A stretch of DNA of 64,000 nucleotides, taken from the NCBI GenBank assembly GCA_020849625.1, contig JADLFV010000123.1, positions 10,605 to 74,604 on the forward strand. The letters run 5' to 3'. Position numbers and translations under genes: made by a program. Below, in pieces: positions 44,793-52,218 of this stretch. The notes below the pieces were generated by a model. It saw only the letters and a program-made list of their open reading frames with translations, was not told where the DNA came from and did no database searches. Positions within the stretch are counted from its first letter, which is position 1. Each line of letters opens with the position of its first letter. The stretch comes from Phycisphaeraceae bacterium. Its GTDB lineage: Bacteria > Planctomycetota > Phycisphaerae > Phycisphaerales > Phycisphaeraceae.

Positions 44793-44896
44793 AATTTTAA
44801 GTTTTAGAATTTAGATTTTAGATTGCCTGCGATCATGTTCCCCAGACGTTCGAGTATCCGAAGCAATTTAAAATCTAAAATCAAAAATCTAAAATT
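44793..44896. repeat. Long AT-rich hairpin, TTTTAGA 7-nt-unit family
   Basis: Left arm 44793-44825 (AATTTTAAGTTTTAGAATTTAGATTTTAGATTG) is the imperfect reverse complement of the right arm 44864-44896 (CAATTTAAAATCTAAAATCAAAAATCTAAAATT). Confidence 0.85.
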
Positions 44897-44975
44897 AATA
44901 ATTCACGTTCCCTCCATGCTGATGTCCGAGCCGTTTGCCTCGGGCGTCTAACTTTCAACCCAAGGACACCATGAC

Positions 44976-45521
44976 ATGAAGATGATTGAACTGCTGCTGT
45001 TGGAGACCGTCGAGACCCTGGGCATCGTGGGTGACGTGGTCAAGGTCCGTCCCGGCTACGCCCGCAATTTCCTGCTGCCGCGCGGCCTGGCCACCAAGCC
45101 GACCCCCAAGGCCATCGAGAATCTCGCCGCCCGCCGCGCCGAAGTCGAGGCCGAACTGACCCGCCTCAAGGCCGAGCGCGAAGCGCTGATCGAGAAGCTC
45201 AGCGAATTCGAGCTGACCCTGCCCCGCACCGCCAACGACCAGGGCCACCTCTACGGAGGTGTCTCTCAGCACGACATCGCCCAGGCCCTCAGCGAGGCTG
45301 GCTTCGCCATCGAAGACCGCCACGTGCGCATCGGCGAGCAGATCAAGCGCCTCGACAGCTACGAGATTCCCATCGTGCTGGACAAGGACCTGCGGACCCA
45401 GATCAAGCTCTGGGTGGTGCGCGACCAGCCGACCACGGCTGATCTGGACGCAGCCGCCGAAAGCGCCGAGGTCGAAGAGCCTGCCGTCGAAGCCGAACTG
45501 GAGCAGGACCAGAACGCGTAA
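44976..45521 (+). CDS. rplI: 50S ribosomal protein L9
   Basis: MKMIELLLLETVETLGIVGDVVKVRPGYARNFLLPRGLA. Confidence 0.9.
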   Translation: MKMIELLLLETVETLGIVGDVVKVRPGYARNFLLPRGLATKPTPKAIENLAARRAEVEAELTRLKAEREALIEKLSEFELTLPRTANDQGHLYGGVSQHDIAQALSEAGFAIEDRHVRIGEQIKRLDSYEIPIVLDKDLRTQIKLWVVRDQPTTADLDAAAESAEVEEPAVEAELEQDQNA

Positions 45522-45564
45522 GCACAACGTCGTCCACGCCTCAACAATCAAATTCTCCCTCGAA

Positions 45565-45591
45565 ACCCGCGGTTCATCGCCGCGGGTTTTT
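45565..45591 (+). terminator. Rho-independent terminator of rplI
   Basis: ACCCGCGG (45565-45572) pairs with CCGCGGGT (45580-45587), 7-nt loop, then a T run (45587-45591). Confidence 0.8.
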
Positions 45592-45597
45592 CAAGGC

Positions 45598-45617
45598 CGC
45601 TCCATTGAAGTGGAGCG
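45598..45617. repeat. REP-like hairpin AGGCCGCTCCA-N6-TGGAGCGTTCC, copy 1
   Basis: CGCTCCA / TGGAGCG 7-bp stem. Flanks AGGCCG... and ...GTTCC are shared with the copy at 46029-46048. Confidence 0.75.
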
Positions 45618-45672
45618 TTCCTCAATGCGCCTTGCCCTGACTTGCATCAATCACTCTCCTGGAGTCACCCCC

Positions 45673-46041
45673 ATGCCCCCCGTCGCCTGGACCATTCTGC
45701 TGCTGGTCGGCTCCAATATCTTCATGACCTTCGCCTGGTACGCCCACCTGCGTAACCTCGGCGGCCGACCGCTGATGATCGCCATCCTCGTCAGTTGGTT
45801 GATTGCTTTCTTTGAGTACGTCCTGCAGGTGCCCGCCAATCGTATCGGGTACACCACGCTGAACCTCGGCCAACTCAAGATCATCCAGGAGGTGATCACC
45901 CTCAGCGTCTTCGTGCCTTTCAGTCTCTATTACATGCGTCAGCCCTGGCGCTGGGATTTCCTCTGGGCCGGCCTGTGCCTGCTTGGCGCGGTCTATTTCA
46001 TGTTCCGCACCGCCACCCCCACCCAGGCCGCTCCACTTTAG
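45673..46041 (+). CDS. DMT-superfamily small membrane protein (DUF486-like)
   Basis: GGAG 8 nt upstream. SNIFMTFAWYAHL, AFFEYVLQVPANRIG, LKIIQEVITL, GAVYFMF match my recollection of DUF486 proteins. Confidence 0.6.
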   Translation: MPPVAWTILLLVGSNIFMTFAWYAHLRNLGGRPLMIAILVSWLIAFFEYVLQVPANRIGYTTLNLGQLKIIQEVITLSVFVPFSLYYMRQPWRWDFLWAGLCLLGAVYFMFRTATPTQAAPL

Positions 46042-46048
46042 TGGAGCG
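46029..46048. repeat. REP-like hairpin AGGCCGCTCCAC-N4-GTGGAGCGTTCC, copy 2
   Basis: 8-bp stem CGCTCCAC / GTGGAGCG. Contains the stop codon (46039-46041) of the DMT gene. Confidence 0.75.
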
Positions 46049-46143
46049 TTCCCCCATTCCCCGCTCAACCTGAAGCCCGCCGCGATTCACCCTGGGCTTC
46101 CCCTGCACTGCCTCCCCCCAAAACCGTCTCCCCGGGTTATCAT

Positions 46144-46704
46144 GTGCATCCCATGCGGCAGATCGCTGACAGCAAGCACGTCGAGGTGCTGATCCACGGC
46201 CTGGCCGATGCCGTGGCCGCGGTCCGTCTGGAGGCGCCCGCCGACCAGACCTGGGCCCTGGTGGGCATCCGCAACCGTGGCGACGAAATCGCCCGTCGCA
46301 TCGCCCGCCGCCTCGATGCCCACGGCGACAAGCCGCCCGTGCCCGTCGGCAGTCTCGACATCACCCTCTATCGCGACGACCTGTCCGAGATCGGCTCGCA
46401 GGCGGTGGTCGGCACCACGGACATTCCCTTCGAGCTCGATGCCGTGCACGTGGTGCTGGTCGATGACGTGCTGATGACCGGGCGCTCGATTCGCGCCGCC
46501 ATGGCCTCGCTGATCGACCTGGGCCGGCCGCGCCGCATCTGGCTGGCGGTGCTGACCGATCGCGGCGGGCGCGAGCTGCCGATCTGCCCCGACTTCGTGG
46601 GGCTTGACCTGACCAGCGAGCCTATCGAAGCGGGCGAACACGTGTACGTGCATCTGAAACCTGCGGACGACAAGGACCAGATCGCGGTGGGGCCGATCGG
46701 ATGA
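46144..46704 (+). CDS. pyrR: Bifunctional pyrimidine regulatory protein / uracil phosphoribosyltransferase
   Basis: PRPP-binding VVLVDDVLMTGRSIRAA; PyrR-like length. Confidence 0.85.
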   Translation: MHPMRQIADSKHVEVLIHGLADAVAAVRLEAPADQTWALVGIRNRGDEIARRIARRLDAHGDKPPVPVGSLDITLYRDDLSEIGSQAVVGTTDIPFELDAVHVVLVDDVLMTGRSIRAAMASLIDLGRPRRIWLAVLTDRGGRELPICPDFVGLDLTSEPIEAGEHVYVHLKPADDKDQIAVGPIG

Positions 46705-47669
46705 GCAAACAATTGGGCAATCAAGCTGACGACTATCGCTGGCCGCACCGCCACCTTTTGTCGTTGGAGGAATTGTCCAGCCAGGACATTCGCTTCCTGC
46801 TCACCACCGCCCTGGGCTTCGAAAGCGTATCAACCCGCAGCGTCAAAAAAGTCCCCGCCCTGCGCGGCCGCGTGGTGGTCAACCTCTTCTTCGAGGACTC
46901 AACCCGCACCCGGGCCAGTTTCCATCTTGCCGCCAGCCGCCTGTCAGCCGACGTTTTGGAGTTCAGCGCCAAAGGCTCCAGCGTGGCCAAAGGTGAAACG
47001 CTGATCGACACCGCCCGCAACATCGAAGCCATGGGCGTCGATGCCATCGTGGTCCGCCATCAACAGAGCGGCGCCGCCCGCATGGTCTCGCAGGCTGTTG
47101 GTTGCAGCGTGCTGAACGCCGGCGACGGCCAGCATGAGCATCCCACCCAGGGCCTGCTCGACGTGTTCACCATCGCCAAGCGCCTCAACCGCACCGACAC
47201 CTTCGACTTCACTGGCTTGAAGGTCGCCATCGTCGGCGACATTGCTCACAGCCGCGTCGCTCGCTCCAACGTCCACGCCCTGCAGAAACTTGGCGCCAGG
47301 GTCGTGCTGGTCGGCCCGCCCACGCTCCTGCCCGGCGGATTCCGCGATATGGGCTGCGAGCTTTCACATGATCTGGATGCCGTCCTTCCGGGGGTCGATG
47401 CTGTCAACATGCTGCGCGTGCAGTTCGAGCGCCTCACCAGCCAGGCTTTCCCCTCCGTGCGCGAGTATTCCTCGCTCTTCGGCCTGACCGCCGCGAGAAT
47501 GCAGCGGGCCCGCAAAGATATCCTCGTCATGCACCCCGGCCCCATGAACCGCGGCCTGGAAATCGAATCCGCCGTCGCCGACAGCCCCAACTCCACCATC
47601 CTCGAACAGGTCACCAACGGCCTTGCCATCCGCATGGCCGGCCTGTTCCTGACCGTCGGCGCTAGCTGA
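46701..47669 (+). CDS. pyrB: Aspartate carbamoyltransferase catalytic subunit
   Basis: FFEDSTRTRASF, HPTQGLLD, HPGPMNRG; ATGA overlap with pyrR. Confidence 0.9.
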   Translation: MSKQLGNQADDYRWPHRHLLSLEELSSQDIRFLLTTALGFESVSTRSVKKVPALRGRVVVNLFFEDSTRTRASFHLAASRLSADVLEFSAKGSSVAKGETLIDTARNIEAMGVDAIVVRHQQSGAARMVSQAVGCSVLNAGDGQHEHPTQGLLDVFTIAKRLNRTDTFDFTGLKVAIVGDIAHSRVARSNVHALQKLGARVVLVGPPTLLPGGFRDMGCELSHDLDAVLPGVDAVNMLRVQFERLTSQAFPSVREYSSLFGLTAARMQRARKDILVMHPGPMNRGLEIESAVADSPNSTILEQVTNGLAIRMAGLFLTVGAS

Positions 47670-47674
47670 GCATT

Positions 47675-47849
47675 GAACCGCAGAGACGCAGAGGACGCGG
47701 AGGAAGGCAGGAACAATTGAGTAAAGAAATGGGAGAAAAAACCAACCGCAGATTTCACAGATTACACAGATTCAAACATTCAGAATCTGTGTAATCTGCG
47801 CAATCTGTGGTTTCTGTCTTCCTCTGTGTCCTCTGCGTCTCTGCGGTTC
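47675..47849. repeat. Nested composite hairpin (outer CGCAGAGA-unit arms, inner CACAGATT-unit arms)
   Basis: Outer arms 47675-47706 and 47818-47849 (GAACCGCAGAGACGCAGAGGACGCGGAGGAAG / CTTCCTCTGTGTCCTCTGCGTCTCTGCGGTTC). Inner arms 47746-47773 and 47783-47810 (CCGCAGATTTCACAGATTACACAGATTC / GAATCTGTGTAATCTGCGCAATCTGTGG). Confidence 0.9.
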
Positions 47850-47884
47850 AACCTTCTTTCCGGTTTTACGCTATAACAACACCC

Positions 47885-48466
47885 ATGCCTCAGGGAATGC
47901 TACTCGTCATCTCCGGCCCCTCCGGCGTCGGCAAGACCACCATCACCCATCACGTGGAGCGCGACCTCAACGGCGTCTTCAGCGTGTCGGTCACCACCCG
48001 CAGCAAGACGCCGGCGGACACCGAAGGCCGCGATTACTTCTTCGTCAGCCCCCGGAAGTTTGAACAGATGCGCGATGGTGGTGAGCTTCTGGAGTGGGCG
48101 GAAGTGTACGAGGGCCTCTGCTACGGCACACCCCTGGCGCCCGTGCAGCAGGCGATCGAGGCCGGGCGGCTGATGATCCTGGAGATCGACGTCGAAGGGG
48201 CGGTGCAGATCAAAAAGAAAATGCCCGAAGCCTTCAGCCTGTTCGTGCTGCCGCCCAACGAGAAGGTGCTGCTGGAGCGCCTGCGCAAGCGGGCCCGTGA
48301 GGATGAGGCCCTCATCCAGCGCCGTTTCGCCAAGGCCAAGGCCGAGATCATCCGCGCCTGGGAGTGCGGCATCTACGACGAGTTTGTCGTCAATCGCGAC
48401 CTGGATCACGCGGTGAAGGAAGCCGTGGCACTGGTCCGCAGCGAAATGTTCCTGCGCGGGGGGTAG
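47885..48466 (+). CDS. gmk: Guanylate kinase
   Basis: Start MPQGMLLVISGPSGVGKTT (P-loop); SVTTR, EWAEVYEGLCYGT. Confidence 0.9.
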   Translation: MPQGMLLVISGPSGVGKTTITHHVERDLNGVFSVSVTTRSKTPADTEGRDYFFVSPRKFEQMRDGGELLEWAEVYEGLCYGTPLAPVQQAIEAGRLMILEIDVEGAVQIKKKMPEAFSLFVLPPNEKVLLERLRKRAREDEALIQRRFAKAKAEIIRAWECGIYDEFVVNRDLDHAVKEAVALVRSEMFLRGG

Positions 48467-48585
48467 GAGCAGGGGTAGGCAGTAGTGAGTAGGGGTTGAG
48501 TTACGAAGTCCAAAGTGTTACCGACATCGGCTTTGGCCGTTGGCCTAAGCCCTACTCCCTACTGCCTACTCCCTACTGCCTGCTC
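48461..48585. repeat. Long hairpin, (G/C)AGTAGG 7-nt-unit family, between convergent genes
   Basis: Left arm 48461-48495 (GGGTAGGAGCAGGGGTAGGCAGTAGTGAGTAGGGG; contains the gmk stop). Right arm 48550-48585 (CCCTACTCCCTACTGCCTACTCCCTACTGCCTGCTC; encodes the last residues and stop of the minus-strand gene). Confidence 0.85.
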
Positions 48586-50799
48586 AATGTACGCCACCAG
48601 ACGCTGGCGCTGCTCGTCATTCAACTGCACGGCCGGATCCAGGTAGCGCTGGGCGCTCAGCGCCAGCACATCCCGATACGCCTCGACCGCTTCCGCCCGA
48701 CGGCCGACTTCTGCCAGCAGGTCGGCATAACGCATGTAATCGGGCAGACTGTAGGGCAGTCGCTCGATCACCCGTTTCTGATCGGCGATGGCTGCGTCCA
48801 GGTCGCCCAGCGCTTCATGCACGTTGCTGCGCCAGCGATCGAGGCGGAAGCTGTCCACGCCGCCGAACGCGGCCGGCTCACACAGGGCCAGCGTCTCTCG
48901 CCGCACCCGCTCAGCACCGCGAGCGTCGCCGAATTTGGCCAGTGCCTGCGCCTTTTCCAGCCGCAGCAGAATGCGCCAGCGCAGCGTCGTGTCATCGCCC
49001 GCCACTGAGAGCGCGGATGCATCCAGCTCCGCCAACGCCGCCTGTCCCCGCCCGCTCTGGATCGCCCGCAGCGCCGCGGCCAGGTGCTCCTGCTGCCTCG
49101 TCACCGGACCGGCCACGCATACCACCAGCATCACCGCCGCGATCAGCAACAATGGCACGATCACCCAGTCGAATCGCTTCGCCTTGGCTGCGCTCGGCGC
49201 ACCCGCGGCCGCCAGCGCCAGCAGCATCCATGCGGGCACCACCGAAGGCATGTGATGGAACGTCATCTCGATCTGGTTATGCCCGATCAGTCCCACCGCC
49301 GCGGCCAGCATCCCCGCCTGCATCCAGCGCCTGTTGATCCGGCCTGCCACCAGCAGTCCCATCAGCAGCAGAAATCCCAGCGCCTCAGCTAACCACAGCA
49401 GGGCGGTCCCCCACCACAGCGAATCGAGCTTGATCACGTACTGGATACCAAACAGCACCGCCGCCACCGCCGCGCACGGCAGCCATCGCTCGTAGCCGAC
49501 CGGCGGCGGATGGTCGTCCTCCGTTGCCGGCATTTTCGTCGCGCGCAGCAGCCATGTGACGATCAATGCTGTCCACGCCCAGCCGCCGAGGCCGAGCATG
49601 CTGATCCAGTCCACGAACAGGTTATGGGCGCTGCGCACATCCTCGGGCGACAGCGGATTCTTGGCTGACAGATACTGTTCGCGGAAACCCGCCTGGCCGA
49701 CGCCGATCAGCGGATGATCCGCCGCGATGCGCGATGCGCCCTGCCAGTAGTGGTAGCGAAACAGCAGCGTCAGTTTGGCCGAACTGATGGGGGCACCTTC
49801 CGGGGACGGGCCCATGGCGCCGACAGCCAGCACCACCGCCACGGCCGCGACCGGCACGCCCATGCTCATCGCCATCAGCAGCCATCGCCTCACACGGATT
49901 GACATTGTTGGGTGCCACGGCCGCGTGCGGCCGTGCGCAGCATCGGACACACCCGCACGCGGGTGTGGCACCCCAGTAAGCCAGCAGGCCGCCAACAGCA
50001 CAATCAAACCCGCAAACATCGCCGCCTGCGCACCGCGCGAGTGGGTCAGATACAACGTCACCGCGCCCCCGACGCTGACCAGCAGCGCCGCCGGCCTGCC
50101 CCAGCGCCAGGGCGATGCCAGCAGCAATCCCGTGCCCAGCAGCACCGAGGCCATGGTCAGTGAACCGAGCACGTTGGACAGAGAAAAGTTGCCGATGAAA
50201 TCCGGTGCATGGAGTCGGCGTTCGTAAAGTTGCTGCGAGTTGGTGACGGTTTCGCCGCCGCGGGCGTCGATCCACTGCTGCTGCTGGCGCTGATAGCTTT
50301 CGATGGTCTCCGCGTGCTCGACGGTGACGAACCAGACCGCATCAATGGTCAGCGGCAGCAGCACGGCCACGAAGCCCGCGATGATCCAGCGTCTTGCCCC
50401 CGCCCCCGCCCCCGGAAGTTGGCACAGGTGGTAAGCCGCCAGGGCCAGGCAGGCCCCCGCGATCCAGGCCGATCCGTACCACAGATCATCCGGCCCCCGG
50501 AAGTGAACCATCTGCGCCACAATGCCAACACTCACCAGCGCCACCGCCCACCACGCCACCGCCCGCCGCAGCAGCACGCACCATCCCATGATCAGGCATG
50601 CCAGCAGCACTGCGATCACGCAGTACCAGCCCGCGAACGCCGGCCCGAACGCGATCGCCGACTGGGCGGCCGCCTCGGAGTTGGGATCAACATCGAAATA
50701 GATGCGCGGCAGAAAGGCGACCACGTAAGGCAGCAGAGCCACGATCAACAGTGCCGCCGCCGCCGCAATGGCGCCTCGCCGTTGGAGCGTGTCGTTCAC
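48559..50799 (-). CDS. O-antigen ligase (Wzy_C)-domain membrane protein with C-terminal TPR domain
   Basis: Many TM helices. LTHSRGA, RYHYWQGASRIAADHPLIGVGQAGF, AHNLFVDWISMLGLGG (O-antigen ligase signature region). C-terminal TPR-like helical repeats. Confidence 0.75.
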   Translation of the reverse strand: MNDTLQRRGAIAAAAALLIVALLPYVVAFLPRIYFDVDPNSEAAAQSAIAFGPAFAGWYCVIAVLLACLIMGWCVLLRRAVAWWAVALVSVGIVAQMVHFRGPDDLWYGSAWIAGACLALAAYHLCQLPGAGAGARRWIIAGFVAVLLPLTIDAVWFVTVEHAETIESYQRQQQQWIDARGGETVTNSQQLYERRLHAPDFIGNFSLSNVLGSLTMASVLLGTGLLLASPWRWGRPAALLVSVGGAVTLYLTHSRGAQAAMFAGLIVLLAACWLTGVPHPRAGVSDAAHGRTRPWHPTMSIRVRRWLLMAMSMGVPVAAVAVVLAVGAMGPSPEGAPISSAKLTLLFRYHYWQGASRIAADHPLIGVGQAGFREQYLSAKNPLSPEDVRSAHNLFVDWISMLGLGGWAWTALIVTWLLRATKMPATEDDHPPPVGYERWLPCAAVAAVLFGIQYVIKLDSLWWGTALLWLAEALGFLLLMGLLVAGRINRRWMQAGMLAAAVGLIGHNQIEMTFHHMPSVVPAWMLLALAAAGAPSAAKAKRFDWVIVPLLLIAAVMLVVCVAGPVTRQQEHLAAALRAIQSGRGQAALAELDASALSVAGDDTTLRWRILLRLEKAQALAKFGDARGAERVRRETLALCEPAAFGGVDSFRLDRWRSNVHEALGDLDAAIADQKRVIERLPYSLPDYMRYADLLAEVGRRAEAVEAYRDVLALSAQRYLDPAVQLNDEQRQRLVAYIEQAVGSRQ
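49920..49984. repeat. 65-nt double-hairpin palindromic element, copy A (inside the O-antigen ligase ORF)
   Basis: GGGTGC-CACGGCCG(CGTG)CGGCCGTG-linker-CACACCCG(CACG)CGGGTGTG-GCACCC. Stems identical to copy B at 56909-56973. Confidence 0.85.
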
Positions 50800-50815
50800 G
50801 CCGATAGTGTAGCTG

Positions 50816-50922
50816 GGCAGTAGGGAGTAGGGAGTAGGCAGTAGGGAGTAGGGGCAGTAGTCACAGGCGGGTGTCGAATGCGAAAGCCTACTGCCTACTG
50901 CCTATCTCACTACTGCCTACTC
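50816..50922. repeat. Long hairpin, (G/C)AGTAGG 7-nt-unit family
   Basis: Left arm 50816-50860 (GGCAGTAGGGAGTAGGGAGTAGGCAGTAGGGAGTAGGGGCAGTAG). Right arm 50887-50922 (CCTACTGCCTACTGCCTATCTCACTACTGCCTACTC; overlaps the stop at 50917-50919). Confidence 0.85.
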
Positions 50923-52110
50923 TTTCCTCGTCAGCACGCGGGTCAACTGCTTGAGCGCCTGTCGCATGCGGTGCTCGTTTTCGACCAGGGCCAGGCGGAC
51001 GTAGCCTTCGCCCAAGTCGCCGAAGGCGGCCCCGGGGGTCATGGCCACCTCGGCCTGATCGACCATGGCCAGGCAGAAGTCATTGGTCGAGCCGTTGTAT
51101 GGCAGCAGGTGCTCGGGTTTGACCCTGGCCCAGACGAACATGGTGGCCCGGGGCGAATCGACTTGCCAGCCCAGTCGCTGCAGGCCGCGCACCAGCACGT
51201 CACGCCGCGACTGGTACTTGGCGGCCTGCTGCTCGACGTGCTTGTCGCCTTCGCGCATGGCGATGATGGCGGCGATCTGCACCGCCTGGAAGATGCCGTA
51301 GTCGTAGTAGCCCTTGATGGTGGACAGGGCCTTGATCATCTGTGCGTTGCCGCAGCAGAACCCGATACGCCAGCCGGCCATGTTGTAGGGCTTACTGAGC
51401 GTGGTGAACTCGACGCCGAAATCTTTACTTCCGGGGGCCTGGAGGAAGCTGGGGGCATGATAGTCGTCGAAGCAGGTTTCGCCGTAGGCGAAGTCGTGCA
51501 GGATGGCGACCTGGTATTTGTCAGCCATGGCCACGACCTTTTCGAAGAAGCCGGGATCGACGGTCATGGCCGTGGGATTGTGTGGATAGTTGAGGATGAC
51601 CACCTTGGGCCGTGGCGTCAGGTGTTCGAGCACGCCGGCAATGCGGCCGAGGAACGCATCATCGTTGCCCAGCGGCACGCTCACCGTCGATGCGCCCGCG
51701 AGAATCACCGCATAGGTATGAATCTGGAAGGCCGGGTCCGCCACCACCGCGATGTCGCCGGGCCCCAGCATGGCCAGGCACATGTGACTGAAGCCTTCCT
51801 TGGAGCCGATGGTGGCGATCACTTCTCGATCGGGGTCCAGCTCGACGCCCCAGCGCCGCTGATACTTGCGGGCCATGTCGCGGCGAAGGTTGTACACGCC
51901 GGCACTCACGGAATAACGACTATTCCGGGGGTCGGTGACCGCTTCACGGATCTTCTCGACCACCGCATCGGGCGGGGCGTCGGTGGGATTGCCCATGTTC
52001 AGGTCGATCACGTCGGCGCCGGCCTTGCGGCGTTCGTAGATCATCTGCTTGAGCCGACCCAGCACGTAGGGCGGCAGACGTTCGATGCGTGATGCGGGTT
52101 TGATTTCCAT
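50917..52110 (-). CDS. Pyridoxal-phosphate-dependent aminotransferase, class I/II
   Basis: Start MEIKPASRIERLPPY at 52110; NMGNP, NYPHNPT, PLP-Lys region LSKPYNMAGWRIG. Confidence 0.85.
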   Translation of the reverse strand: MEIKPASRIERLPPYVLGRLKQMIYERRKAGADVIDLNMGNPTDAPPDAVVEKIREAVTDPRNSRYSVSAGVYNLRRDMARKYQRRWGVELDPDREVIATIGSKEGFSHMCLAMLGPGDIAVVADPAFQIHTYAVILAGASTVSVPLGNDDAFLGRIAGVLEHLTPRPKVVILNYPHNPTAMTVDPGFFEKVVAMADKYQVAILHDFAYGETCFDDYHAPSFLQAPGSKDFGVEFTTLSKPYNMAGWRIGFCCGNAQMIKALSTIKGYYDYGIFQAVQIAAIIAMREGDKHVEQQAAKYQSRRDVLVRGLQRLGWQVDSPRATMFVWARVKPEHLLPYNGSTNDFCLAMVDQAEVAMTPGAAFGDLGEGYVRLALVENEHRMRQALKQLTRVLTRKE

Positions 52111-52124
52111 GGTCAGGTCAAGTT

Positions 52125-52217
52125 GTGATTGCCTGATTGCTTGATTTCTTGAATGGGGAAATTGGTGGTCGATGGCATAACATTCACCCATTCAAGCAAT
52201 CAAGCAATCAAGCAAAC
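52125..52217. repeat. Long hairpin, GATTGC(C/T)T 8-nt-unit family
   Basis: Left arm 52125-52156 (GTGATTGCCTGATTGCTTGATTTCTTGAATGG) is the imperfect reverse complement of the right arm 52188-52217 (CCATTCAAGCAATCAAGCAATCAAGCAAAC). Confidence 0.85.
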
Positions 52218-52218
52218 G

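Noticed and set aside
46054-46143. PyrR-binding anti-terminator RNA upstream of pyrR-pyrB.
   Set aside because: I could not find the conserved PyrR binding-loop sequence or a terminator/antiterminator pair in the 90-nt leader.
50816-50922. Possible CRISPR arrays, suggested by short direct repeats (GAGTAGG, GGCTTGA, TTTTAGA units and others).
   Set aside because: The units are only 7-10 nt, contiguous without spacers, and paired with reverse-complement arrays. No cas genes are present, so this is not CRISPR architecture.
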